The translations under genes were made by a program, and so were the position numbers. DNA of 64,000 nt from Candidatus Falkowbacteria bacterium (GTDB taxonomy: Bacteria > Patescibacteriota > Patescibacteriia > CAIXNZ01), in the NCBI GenBank assembly GCA_016927685.1, contig JAFGMD010000012.1, positions 23,866-87,865 of the forward strand, read 5' to 3'. Under the pieces are notes generated by a model. It searched no databases. It was not told where the DNA came from and worked only from the letters and a program-made list of their open reading frames with translations. How positions within the stretch are numbered: position 1 is the stretch's first letter; the number at the start of each line of letters is the position of its first letter. Positions 17,730 to 27,458 of the stretch are shown here, in pieces.

Positions 17730-20579
17730 TTATTTCACTAATTTTTTCAAAAATTGTCCAGTATAACTTGATTTTACCTTGGTAATATCTTTTGGTGTAC
17801 CTTGTGCTACAATTTTACCGCCCTTATCCCCGCCTTCAGGCCCCATATCAATCACCCAGTCAGCGGATTTGATCACATCCAAATTATGTTCAATCACCAA
17901 AACAGTATTGCCCTTATCAACCAATTTTTGTAAAACTCCCAGCAAGCGATTAATATCATCAAAATGTAAACCAGTTGTTGGTTCATCCAAAATATATAAT
18001 GTCATGCCAGTGGCTCGGCGTGAAAGTTCAGTGGCCAATTTAACTCTTTGTGCTTCACCGCCGGAAAGTGTGGTGGCTGGCTGGCCTAATTTTAAATAGC
18101 CCAAGCCCACATCATATAAAATCATTAATTTTTCGGCAATGATTGGTATGTCGGCAAAAAATCTTTTAGCTTCATCAACTGTCATGTCTAAAACATCAGC
18201 AATATTTTTGCCTTTATAATAAATTTCCAAGGCTTCTTTATCATAGCGCTTGCCATGGCATTCTTCGCATTCCACATAAACATCTGGCAAAAATTGCATT
18301 TCAATTTTCACCAAGCCCTCGCCACCGCAAGTTTCGCATCTGCCGCCCACTACATTAAAGCTGAATTTGCCAGCATCAAAGCCGCGCATCTTAGCTTCTG
18401 GCACTTGGGTAAATAAATCGCGGATGTATGTAAACACGCCAGTATAAGTTGCAGGGTTTGAGCGCGGTGTCCTGCCAATTGGCGATTGATCAACTGTTAC
18501 AACTTTATCCAAATTACTAATACCCACAATTTCTTTATGTTCGGCGGGCTGTTCCTTGGCTCTGAAAAAATGTTTGGCCAATGAGCGAGATAAAATATCA
18601 ATAATCAAACTGGATTTGCCAGAACCAGATACACCAGAAACCGCGATAAATTTACCGAGTGGAAATTTAGCATCCAGATTTTGTAAATTATTGGCTTTCG
18701 CGCCCTTCACTGTCACAAATTTGCCATTGCCTTTTCTATAATTTTTTCTTGGCTCGATTTTATATTTACCTGATAAATATAAACCAGTTAATGACTCTTT
18801 ATTTTTCTTAATTTTATCTAAAGTGCCAATGTCCACGACTTTGCCGCCATATTCGCCTGCGCCAGGTCCCATATCAATAACCAAATCTGCCTCTTCCATA
18901 ATTGCCTGGTCATGTTCTACCACGATTACGGTATTGCCCATATCGCGCAATTTTTTCAAACTCTCAATTAAACGCGCATTATCGCGCGGATGCAAGCCAA
19001 TTGAAGGTTCGTCTAAAATATAAATTATTTCAGTCAGCGAAGAAGAAATTTGTTTAGCCAAACGGATGCGCTGAACTTCACCGCCAGCCAATGAAGTCAC
19101 GCTTCTGTCTAAAGTTAAATAGTCTAGGGAGACATGATTTAAAAATTCCAAACGCCGAATCACCTCTTTCAAAATTTGTCTGGCAATTTTGTATTCATTT
19201 TCAGTAAGACCCTTGCCATTTTTTGATTTTTTATCTATATCAATGAAAAGCTCAACAAGATTTTCCAAACTTATGTCCACAAAATCAGAAATATTTTTAT
19301 CTAAAATTGTCACAGCCAAACTTTCTGGCTTTAGGCGCTTACCTTTGCAAACCGGGCAAATAACTTCGCGCATATAATCGCCTATTTCTGTACGCACATA
19401 ATCAGAATCTGTTTCTCTGTATTTCTTTTCCAAAAAAGGAATAATACCTTCAAATATATATTTTTTGCCATCAATATCTAATTGCTCATCGCCAGTGCCA
19501 TACAAAATAACCCTTACATCATCTTTCTTCATTTTCTCTACGGCTTTATCCAGCGGAATTTTATGCGCCTTGGCAGCAGCCGCCAAGATTTTATGCATTT
19601 GCGGCTGATTTGAAGTTAAACGCGTCCAAACTTTAATGGCGCCCTCTTCGATTGTTAAGCGCGGATTAAAAATAACCAATTCAGGATCAACTTCCAAATT
19701 TACTCCCAAGCCAGTGCATTTTGGGCAAGCGCCATGTGGCGAATTAAAGGAAAAACTTCTAATATCAAGTTCGGGCAAATTTATATCGCACTTAGAGCAA
19801 TGTAAATGCTGTGAAAATAAATATTCGGCATTATTATCCTTTCTATATATTTTGATCATGCCGTTTGATAAATCTAAGGCCTTTTTAATGGCAAAATAAA
19901 TCGGCGCATGGGTAATTTTCTCTATATTAACTTTTTCCACAAAAAGATGGTCAACCAAAGCGTCTAAATTATGCTCTTTATTTTCATCAATGACTGTCTT
20001 TTCAATTTCCATCATGTTATAAAATTTACCATCCAAGCGCAGCTGTAAAAAATTGGCCTTTTTCATTTTTTTAATCAAGTGATCTAGCTTGCCTTTCTGA
20101 CCGATGACAATCGGCGCTAAGACAGCAATGCGTGTCTGCGGCGGCAATTCTAAAATCTTTTCAATAATTTGCTTAATACCCATCTTTTTTATTTCTGAAC
20201 CGCAATTTGGGCAATGTACATGCCCGATTCTGGCAAATAAAAGACGGAGATAATCATAAATCTCCGTTATGGTGCCCACGGTTGAGCGCGGGTTTGAAGA
20301 AGTTGCCTTTTGATCAATAGCAATGACCGGCGAAATACCCTCTATCTGATCAACGTCCGGCTTATCCATTAAACCAATAAATTGGCGGGCGTATGAGGAT
20401 AAACTTTCTAAATATTGTCTTTGGCCTTCGGCAAAAATAGTATCAAAAGCTAAAGATGATTTGCCAGAACCAGATAAGCCGGTTATGACCACAAATTTAT
20501 TTTTCGGGATTTCCACATTAACATCTTTCAAGTTATGAACTCTTGCTCCTTTGATAATAATTTTGTCTTGTTTAGCCAT
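17730..20579 (-). CDS. uvrA: Excinuclease ABC subunit A
   Basis: GLSGSGKSSLAFDT, zinc fingers, two ABC cassettes, PIGRTPRSNPATY, LSGGEAQRVKLA. Confidence 0.98.
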   Translation of the reverse strand: MAKQDKIIIKGARVHNLKDVNVEIPKNKFVVITGLSGSGKSSLAFDTIFAEGQRQYLESLSSYARQFIGLMDKPDVDQIEGISPVIAIDQKATSSNPRSTVGTITEIYDYLRLLFARIGHVHCPNCGSEIKKMGIKQIIEKILELPPQTRIAVLAPIVIGQKGKLDHLIKKMKKANFLQLRLDGKFYNMMEIEKTVIDENKEHNLDALVDHLFVEKVNIEKITHAPIYFAIKKALDLSNGMIKIYRKDNNAEYLFSQHLHCSKCDINLPELDIRSFSFNSPHGACPKCTGLGVNLEVDPELVIFNPRLTIEEGAIKVWTRLTSNQPQMHKILAAAAKAHKIPLDKAVEKMKKDDVRVILYGTGDEQLDIDGKKYIFEGIIPFLEKKYRETDSDYVRTEIGDYMREVICPVCKGKRLKPESLAVTILDKNISDFVDISLENLVELFIDIDKKSKNGKGLTENEYKIARQILKEVIRRLEFLNHVSLDYLTLDRSVTSLAGGEVQRIRLAKQISSSLTEIIYILDEPSIGLHPRDNARLIESLKKLRDMGNTVIVVEHDQAIMEEADLVIDMGPGAGEYGGKVVDIGTLDKIKKNKESLTGLYLSGKYKIEPRKNYRKGNGKFVTVKGAKANNLQNLDAKFPLGKFIAVSGVSGSGKSSLIIDILSRSLAKHFFRAKEQPAEHKEIVGISNLDKVVTVDQSPIGRTPRSNPATYTGVFTYIRDLFTQVPEAKMRGFDAGKFSFNVVGGRCETCGGEGLVKIEMQFLPDVYVECEECHGKRYDKEALEIYYKGKNIADVLDMTVDEAKRFFADIPIIAEKLMILYDVGLGYLKLGQPATTLSGGEAQRVKLATELSRRATGMTLYILDEPTTGLHFDDINRLLGVLQKLVDKGNTVLVIEHNLDVIKSADWVIDMGPEGGDKGGKIVAQGTPKDITKVKSSYTGQFLKKLVK

Positions 20580-20758
20580 TGATTTTTATTTTAGTAATAA
20601 ATTTTTCCAGTTCCTAATATCCAATTTCTAATATCTAATTTCCGTCAAACATATATTACGGACATTGTATCACTGCCTAATAACCTAGTCAAGTAGGAAT
20701 GGGTTGAGGGCATAGAAATAAAAAATGGCTCCGCCAAATGACAGAGCCATTATAAATC

Positions 20759-21232
20759 TTAGAGTAGCTCGGCAATTTCTTCCGGGCTAAGCGTCATGAT
20801 GTAATCATGGTATTTCACGACCTTACCCTTACCTTCGAGCAAAGCTCTGGCCTTGGCAAAGCCGACCTTTTTTATTAAGACCTCCATCAGAAATAATTCC
20901 TCATCCCTTTTTTTGCCCCTTTTTTTGGCTGCAACTGGCTTCAACGCTTGAGATTCGCCGACCTTATCGTTTTTCACTATCAGATGGTTGTTCCAAAATT
21001 GGATCAACCCATTAGCAATGCTCGCATACATGTAGCCGTGCGGCTCTTTCCGATTGACCCAATCGGATTTAATTGCCGAGACCTGGGTCTTTTTCCAACC
21101 GATCTCTGTAGCCATTTGTTCGTTGGAAATTGCCAAACGTTCTTGTAAATCAAAAACATTAATTGCCAATTCCCGAGCTTCCTGCTCCTTAGGGCCCTTT
21201 TTCCCGTAAAGAGGCAACCTTTTTCTCGCCAT
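20759..21232 (-). CDS. Putative HTH (XRE/Cro-like) DNA-binding protein
   Basis: Start re-called to MARKRLP (AGGAGG SD). LAISNEQMATEIGWKKTQVSAIKS resembles a helix-turn-helix. Confidence 0.6.
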   Translation of the reverse strand: MARKRLPLYGKKGPKEQEARELAINVFDLQERLAISNEQMATEIGWKKTQVSAIKSDWVNRKEPHGYMYASIANGLIQFWNNHLIVKNDKVGESQALKPVAAKKRGKKRDEELFLMEVLIKKVGFAKARALLEGKGKVVKYHDYIMTLSPEEIAELL

Positions 21233-21444
21233 CGAAAACCTCCTATTCAATTTTTAAAAATTGGGATGCAAGGGTTTATCACGTTTTACTTCTCCTAACC
21301 GCCTGGCAGGATTTTCAAACATTGACTAAGTCCTCACTTTTGGCTATCCCATGGTAACCATTTTGTCGATTTAACATCCTATCAAAAAAAAATAAAAATG
21401 TCAAGAGCCAAAAAAGCCGCTTTAATGCGGCTTTTTAAAAAAAT

Positions 21445-22341
21445 TTATTTCAAATTATATTTTTCAATATTTTTATCGGCAATATTTTGTATTTGTTTAA
21501 TTGCCTCTTTGCCTCTTTCATTCCCGAATAAGTGCTTGAAACGCTTGTGTAATTTTAAATATTCATCAACTTTGAGCGGTTCGCCGGGAATTTTCATAAC
21601 ATGATATTCATCGTCATAATATTCAAAAACCGGATAAATGCCTGTTTTGTGAGCTAGTTTTCCCATTTGGACAGCCATTTCATTTTCTACTCCCCAACCG
21701 GGTATGCAAGTCGTTAAAATTTCCAGATATTTTGGACCAGTAAATGTTAAAGCTTTTTTTACTTTATTAATAATGTCAGCCGGATAACCGCAAGTTGTCT
21801 GTGCTACATAAACGCAACCATGCGCGATAGCAATTTCTCCCATATTTTTTCTGATAAAAGCATTGCCCATGGACTTTTTGTCTGGCGGTGTCGTGGTGGT
21901 ATTGGCATCAAGCGGCGTAGCGCCAGATGCCTGATAGCCGGTATTAGAATAAACTTCAGTATTATAACAAACATATAAAATATTTTCCTTTCTCTCCCAC
22001 ATGCCTGAAATCAAGCCAAAACCAATATCAAAAGTGGAGCCATCCCCACCTTGTGCTAAGACAGTTATTTCTTTATCTAAGCCTTTTTGTTTCAAAGCTG
22101 CCAAAATTCCAGACGCTACTGCCGAAGGATTTTCAAATAAAGAATGGACCCAGGGAACTTTCCAGGACGAAGTTGGATATTTTGTTGTCGTAACTTCCAA
22201 ACAACCAGTCGCATTAGCAATAATGGTTTTTGACCCGCAAGCATCTAAAACTAAACGCGCTGACATAAGCTGACCGCAACCAGGGCAAGCCGTATGGCCA
22301 GGGGCTATTAAATGTTGATTTGGATTTTTATATTTTTGCAT
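21445..22341 (-). CDS. porB: Pyruvate:ferredoxin oxidoreductase beta subunit (TPP-binding)
   Basis: GHTACPGCG, NATGCLEV, GGDG.TFDIGF, Y.NTGYQASGATP, CIPGW. Confidence 0.92.
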   Translation of the reverse strand: MQKYKNPNQHLIAPGHTACPGCGQLMSARLVLDACGSKTIIANATGCLEVTTTKYPTSSWKVPWVHSLFENPSAVASGILAALKQKGLDKEITVLAQGGDGSTFDIGFGLISGMWERKENILYVCYNTEVYSNTGYQASGATPLDANTTTTPPDKKSMGNAFIRKNMGEIAIAHGCVYVAQTTCGYPADIINKVKKALTFTGPKYLEILTTCIPGWGVENEMAVQMGKLAHKTGIYPVFEYYDDEYHVMKIPGEPLKVDEYLKLHKRFKHLFGNERGKEAIKQIQNIADKNIEKYNLK

Positions 22342-22408
22342 AGAGTTATAGTGTTTTAGCGTTATAGAGTTATAGTCTAAAATTCTATAACGCTATAATT
22401 CTAAAATT

Positions 22409-23584
22409 CTAATCGGTGCAGCTAATAAAATGCATTTTATTAGTTTTGTCTTTTTTTATGTCAAAAATAATCTGTTCAATCATTTCCTTGGTCACGTCGC
22501 GGCCGCCTAGACCGACAATAAAGCTCTGGATTTTTGCTTTTGTTTGATTATAGGCCGCGCGTTTTATTTCTGTAGCCAAAACTCCTTCACTACCAAGCGA
22601 AATTGATTTATCAACTACAGCAATATATTTTGCTTTTGCTAAATGTTTAATTACTTCTTCATCAGCAAAAGGTCTGAAGGAAATAATTTTCAAAAGTCCG
22701 ACTTTTTGTTTTCTCTCTCGCATTTCATCAATGGCATCTTTGATTGTACCGCAAACAGAACCCATAGCTACTAAAATAACTTCAGCATCTTTAGTTTTAT
22801 ATTCTTCCACCAACCCGTTGTCGCCGATACTTCGGCCAAAGACTTTTTTAAAATCCGTATGATATTTTTTTATCAAATCAGAACTTAAATAAATATCTTG
22901 CGCCAATTGTTTTCTAATTTCCATATAACTATCAGGCGTAGCCAAACTTCCAAGCGTGACTGGATTTTTCACATCCAAATATGTCCCGATTGCTGGTTTA
23001 TATGGCGGTAAAAATTTATTTATCTGTTCTTGGCCTGGCATTAAAACGGGCTCGTAAGTATGGGTCAAAACAAATCCATCCATATTTACCATAACCGGCA
23101 ATCTTAAAGTTTCAGCTAGCTTGTACGCCAGCAAATGCAGGTCAATAATCTCTTGATTTGTCTCGCCATAAAGCATAAGCCAGCCAGCATCACGGATTGT
23201 CACTGCGTCCTGTTGGTCGTTCCAAATATTTATAGGCGCTGAAACTGCGCGATTGGCGCAAGTAATTACGACAGGCAATCTCATGCCCGCAATATTAAAT
23301 AAAACTTCAGTCATTAATAAAAGACCTTGAGAGCATGTAGCTGTATATGTACGCACGCCTGTTGCGCTGGCACCAAGCAAAAGAGAAGCTGCGGCAAATT
23401 CTGATTCAGTATTTATGTATTCAAAGCCTCCTTCACCGCTGGCTTTCATTTTGGCCAGGTCTTCAACAATATGCGTTTGTGGCGTAATCGGATAAGCAGC
23501 CACAACAGCTGGCTTAATTAATTTAATAATTTCAGCCACTGCATGCGAACCTTCTAAAAATTGTTTGCTATTATCTAATTTCAT
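22409..23584 (-). CDS. porA: Pyruvate:ferredoxin oxidoreductase alpha subunit
   Basis: AYPITPQT, ESEFAA, TATCSQGL, NRAVSAP, DGF.LTH, GLGGRD. Start re-called to MKLDNSK at 23584. Confidence 0.92.
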   Translation of the reverse strand: MKLDNSKQFLEGSHAVAEIIKLIKPAVVAAYPITPQTHIVEDLAKMKASGEGGFEYINTESEFAAASLLLGASATGVRTYTATCSQGLLLMTEVLFNIAGMRLPVVITCANRAVSAPINIWNDQQDAVTIRDAGWLMLYGETNQEIIDLHLLAYKLAETLRLPVMVNMDGFVLTHTYEPVLMPGQEQINKFLPPYKPAIGTYLDVKNPVTLGSLATPDSYMEIRKQLAQDIYLSSDLIKKYHTDFKKVFGRSIGDNGLVEEYKTKDAEVILVAMGSVCGTIKDAIDEMRERKQKVGLLKIISFRPFADEEVIKHLAKAKYIAVVDKSISLGSEGVLATEIKRAAYNQTKAKIQSFIVGLGGRDVTKEMIEQIIFDIKKDKTNKMHFISCTD

Positions 23585-23621
23585 AATTCTATATTCTGTA
23601 TTCTTAATTCTATATTCTAAT

Positions 23622-23900
23622 TTATTTAAAATCATTTTCCATTCTAATCGCACTAACCGGACATTCTTTGGCGCATAAACCGCAACCTTTACAAAAATCC
23701 AAATCACGGTCATAAAAAATACGACCCTTACTGTTTTTTTCGCCAGTTGGAAAGCAAACTCCCTCGGGGCAAACTTTTCTACACACATCACAACCAATAC
23801 AGATCTCATGGTCAACAATTGGCTTTTGCGTTCGCCAACCACCAGTTTTATTTGTAATAGTTGTACCTGGATTTACCTCTAGTGGATATTTTAATTTCAT
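23622..23900 (-). CDS. porD: Pyruvate:ferredoxin oxidoreductase delta subunit (2x[4Fe-4S])
   Basis: KTGGWRT.KP, CIGCDVCRKVCP, CKGCGLCAKECP. Confidence 0.92.
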   Translation of the reverse strand: MKLKYPLEVNPGTTITNKTGGWRTQKPIVDHEICIGCDVCRKVCPEGVCFPTGEKNSKGRIFYDRDLDFCKGCGLCAKECPVSAIRMENDFK

Positions 23901-23901
23901 A

Positions 23902-24465
23902 TTAATCTAATTTATAATTTTTCTTAACCCAATCATAAGCTTCATGCATGGCTTTAATATTTTTATCAATAATCTCTTTGTCTAACCTTTCACCCAAATT
24001 TATTTTAATCGCTTTTTCCAGACTTTTTGTTGAAAATTTATAATAAGCCGCAAACGCACCCAAAAGCGCAGTATTTGTGATGGGCTTGCCAATTATTTTT
24101 AAAGAAATCTCATTGGCAGGCATACAAATAACTTTATAACTCACGCCCGGACAAAGCGCTTTGGGACTTTTATCGGAATTAATTATAATCACTGTATTTT
24201 TCTTGCAACCAGCAAAAACATTCTCAACTCCTAAAATTGATGGGTCTTGAATAATAAGATAGTCGGGATGATATACTTGCTCCCGGCTCCTGATAAACTT
24301 ATTATCAATTTTTACAAAAGCCGTAACCGGCGCCCCCCTTCTTTCTACGCCAAAAGAGGGAAAGGCCTGCGGTGACTTACCGTCTTCAAAAGCAGCAATG
24401 GCTATTATTTCCGCAAGCTTGACATTGCCTTGTCCACCGCGACCATGAATACGAATTTCTTTCAT
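23902..24465 (-). CDS. porC: Pyruvate:ferredoxin oxidoreductase gamma subunit
   Basis: EIRIHGRGGQG, QAFPSFGVERRGAPV, NTALLGA. Confidence 0.92.
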   Translation of the reverse strand: MKEIRIHGRGGQGNVKLAEIIAIAAFEDGKSPQAFPSFGVERRGAPVTAFVKIDNKFIRSREQVYHPDYLIIQDPSILGVENVFAGCKKNTVIIINSDKSPKALCPGVSYKVICMPANEISLKIIGKPITNTALLGAFAAYYKFSTKSLEKAIKINLGERLDKEIIDKNIKAMHEAYDWVKKNYKLD

Positions 24466-24468
24466 AAA

Positions 24469-25182
24469 TTATTGAGCTATTGATTGTTTAATTTTGGCAA
24501 TTAGTGTTTTAAAAGTATTATATGGGATGCCTCCGCTTAATTTATTGCCATTAATATAAAAAGTTGGAGTGCCGGTGATATTTAAAGTCAAGCCGTCTTG
24601 CATGTCTGATTTTATCTGAGAAAAATATTTTGCCTCATCAAGGCAATTATTAAAATTTGCAGAATTTAATCCCAAATTAAGTGCCAATGCCTTTAAATTT
24701 GAAGAGCTTAAATCGGTCTGATTTTCAAATAGCAGATCATGATATTCCCAAAATTTACCCTGTTCATTGGCGCATAAGGACGCCATAGCAGCTGTAAGAG
24801 CTTGGGGACTTGAAACAGGATTGGGAAAATTGCGGAAAATAATTTTCAGCGACGGGTCTTCCTCTGCGATCATTCTGACTATAAGCGCCTCTTGCTTGCA
24901 AACAGGACATTGAAAATCTCCAAATTCCACTATAACGATAGCTGCATTTTCATCGCCCAAAAAGGGGGAATCCTTCTTTTCTATAGTATCTCTTATGTTA
25001 TATGCTTGGGGTATTTTTAAAGAATTAATATTTTGACCGTTTATCTGATTTTTCGCGTCTATTAAAAAAATAATCTGGTATATTAATAACCCCGAATAAA
25101 TGAAGGCCAGTACGCAAATTATTAAAAAAATAATCCCCCACCATTTTTGGTGCCATTTTTTTTGTTTTTTTATTATAGCCAT
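24469..25182 (-). CDS. Membrane-anchored DsbA/BdbD-like thioredoxin-fold protein
   Basis: N-terminal TM, EFGDFQCPVC, GTPTFYING. Confidence 0.9.
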   Translation of the reverse strand: MAIIKKQKKWHQKWWGIIFLIICVLAFIYSGLLIYQIIFLIDAKNQINGQNINSLKIPQAYNIRDTIEKKDSPFLGDENAAIVIVEFGDFQCPVCKQEALIVRMIAEEDPSLKIIFRNFPNPVSSPQALTAAMASLCANEQGKFWEYHDLLFENQTDLSSSNLKALALNLGLNSANFNNCLDEAKYFSQIKSDMQDGLTLNITGTPTFYINGNKLSGGIPYNTFKTLIAKIKQSIAQ

Positions 25183-25281
25183 ATAAACTATTATAACATA
25201 TTTAATACGATCGTCAGAGTTAAAAGATTGACGGGATTTATTTCTTCTGATATACTTAATTACAAGTTAATAATTACTATT

Positions 25282-25491
25282 ATGATCTTAGGCATTATTC
25301 AAATTGTTTTAGCCGTCTTAATGGTTGTTGCTATTTTACTGCAACAGCGCGGCACCGGACTTTCTTCTGCTTTTGGTGGTGAAGGCAATGTTTATCGCAC
25401 CAAAAGGGGAGCAGAAAAAATAATCTTTATCGCTACTATAATTTTAGCAATCGCTTTCTTGGCTACGGCTTTTCTTAATGTTTTATTATAA
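25282..25491 (+). CDS. secG: Preprotein translocase subunit SecG
   Basis: ILLQQRGTGLSSAFGG...YRTKRGAEK; start re-called to MILGII at 25282. Confidence 0.92.
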   Translation: MILGIIQIVLAVLMVVAILLQQRGTGLSSAFGGEGNVYRTKRGAEKIIFIATIILAIAFLATAFLNVLL

Positions 25492-25530
25492 TTTTTAGTA
25501 CTCATATATAATTTTTAATTTTATTCTCTC

Positions 25531-27366
25531 GTGAACACTCTAATCAAATTGTTTTTAGTTTTGAGCCAAAACTTAAAGAGTTTTGTTATTTTTTGGTGGG
25601 ATAAAATCAGAAAAAAACAAAAACTGGCCAAACATCAAAATTTTGATAAAAAAATTGTAGCTAATTTGAGTAATAAAAAAATTCCCACTTGGAAACAATT
25701 TAAACGCTTGTCAATGTCTCTTACTCCGTTTGAAAATTTAGCTTTGAAAATATTATCAGGCCTAATCTTATTTTCTCTTGCATTTCTAGTATATTTTAAT
25801 TATTTCCAAAAATTAGTTGAAGTGCCAAAAAATGGCGGAGATTTCGTGGAAGCGCTAATCGGTTCCCCTTTATATGTAAATCCGATTTTAGCGCAAAGCT
25901 ATATTGATGCGGACATGGATCTTACTCGCCTTATTTTTTCTGGCCTTTTGAAATATAATGAAAATTTAGAACCGGTTCTTGATTTAGCGGAAAAATATGA
26001 AGCTTCTGAAGATCAAAAAACATACACTTTTTATTTAAGACAAAATGCCAAATGGCATGATGGCGAAAAAGTTACGGCCGGTGATGTTGTTTTTACTATT
26101 AACTGCATTCAAAATCCTGATTATAAAAGCCCTCTTTGGCGCAGTTTTGTCGGCGTGACTGCAGAAAAAGTTGACGACTATACTGTTAAATTTACGCTCA
26201 AAGAACCCTATGCGGCTTTTTTGAATTTATTGACAGTTGGACTTTTACCCCAGCATTTATGGTATGACTTTCCAGCACAAAGCGCTCGTTTAGCAATTTA
26301 TAATCAAAAACCAATTGGCAGCGGTCCCTTTAAGCTAAAGTCGTTAATTAAAGAAAAAAGCGGTATTATTAAGGCCTATACTTTGGAAAAAAATAATGAT
26401 TATTACGGCAAAATTCCTTATATAAACAAAATCATTTTTAAATTTTATCCTGACTACGAAAATGCCATAAATGCACTTACTAATAAGGAAGTGCAGTCAA
26501 TTAGTTTTTTGCCAAAAGAATATTTCAGCAAATATAGTAATAAGCGAGAAATTAATTTATATAATCTTGGCTTATCGCAATATACTGCCATATTTTTTAA
26601 TAAAAAAAATAATGCTCTATTAGATAATGATAAAATTCGCCAAGCATTGGCCTTAGCCATTGATAAAAACAAAATTATTGATGATGTATTGCAAAATCAA
26701 GGACAAATAATTGATGGACCGGTTTTGCCGGGATTTCTTGGCTATAATAAAGATATAAAAAAATACGAATATAATACTCAAAAGGCATTAGAAATTCTAG
26801 CTGCTGATGGGTGGACGCCCGATGGCGAAGTTCTAAAAAAGAAAGGCCAGGAATTAAAAATCGCTTTAACAACCGTTGAGCAAGATGAATATATTAAAGT
26901 GGCAACCATGATAAAAGATTTTTGGAATGTTATTGGAGTTAATGTAGAACTACAGATAATTTCACAATCAGCCATGGAAAATGATATTATTAACCCTCGC
27001 AATTATCAAGCCCTGCTTTATGGCGAAATAATAGGTTATGACCCAGATCTTTTTTCTTTCTGGCATTCTTCTCAAAGAGAAAGTCCTGGCGCTAATTTAT
27101 CAAATTATATTAATAAAAAAGTTGATCAATTATTAGAGGAAGCGCGCATTAATAGCGATATTAAAATTAGAGATCAAAAATATCAGGAGATGCAAAATCT
27201 TCTAATTGACGACTTGCCGGCAATATTTTTATACAGCCCCACCTATGCGTATCCTGTCTCAAAAGAAATTAAGGGCATTACCATCAAAAGGATAGCTACA
27301 CCTAGCGATCGCTTTATTAATATTGAAAATTGGTTTATAAAAACCAAAAAGGAATATCCAAATTAA
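25531..27366 (+). CDS. Peptide/nickel ABC transporter substrate-binding protein (family 5), membrane-anchored
   Basis: DLAE.Y..SED.KTYTF.LR..AKWHDG..VTA.DV.FT, PIGSGPFK, IRQALALAIDK. Confidence 0.9.
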   Translation: MNTLIKLFLVLSQNLKSFVIFWWDKIRKKQKLAKHQNFDKKIVANLSNKKIPTWKQFKRLSMSLTPFENLALKILSGLILFSLAFLVYFNYFQKLVEVPKNGGDFVEALIGSPLYVNPILAQSYIDADMDLTRLIFSGLLKYNENLEPVLDLAEKYEASEDQKTYTFYLRQNAKWHDGEKVTAGDVVFTINCIQNPDYKSPLWRSFVGVTAEKVDDYTVKFTLKEPYAAFLNLLTVGLLPQHLWYDFPAQSARLAIYNQKPIGSGPFKLKSLIKEKSGIIKAYTLEKNNDYYGKIPYINKIIFKFYPDYENAINALTNKEVQSISFLPKEYFSKYSNKREINLYNLGLSQYTAIFFNKKNNALLDNDKIRQALALAIDKNKIIDDVLQNQGQIIDGPVLPGFLGYNKDIKKYEYNTQKALEILAADGWTPDGEVLKKKGQELKIALTTVEQDEYIKVATMIKDFWNVIGVNVELQIISQSAMENDIINPRNYQALLYGEIIGYDPDLFSFWHSSQRESPGANLSNYINKKVDQLLEEARINSDIKIRDQKYQEMQNLLIDDLPAIFLYSPTYAYPVSKEIKGITIKRIATPSDRFINIENWFIKTKKEYPN

Positions 27367-27458
27367 GGACTCTTTTTTATAAAAAATTAATCAAAAGGAC
27401 TCATTTGTTCTTTACTTTTTTACTTTAAAAACTTTTAACTCTATAACTAAATAAAATT

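Noticed and set aside
23585-23842. 86-aa N-terminal extension of PorA in the ORF track
   Set aside because: It overlaps porD in another frame and crosses a heptamer-repeat spacer; PorA homology starts at 23584. A programmed porD-porA fusion has no support.
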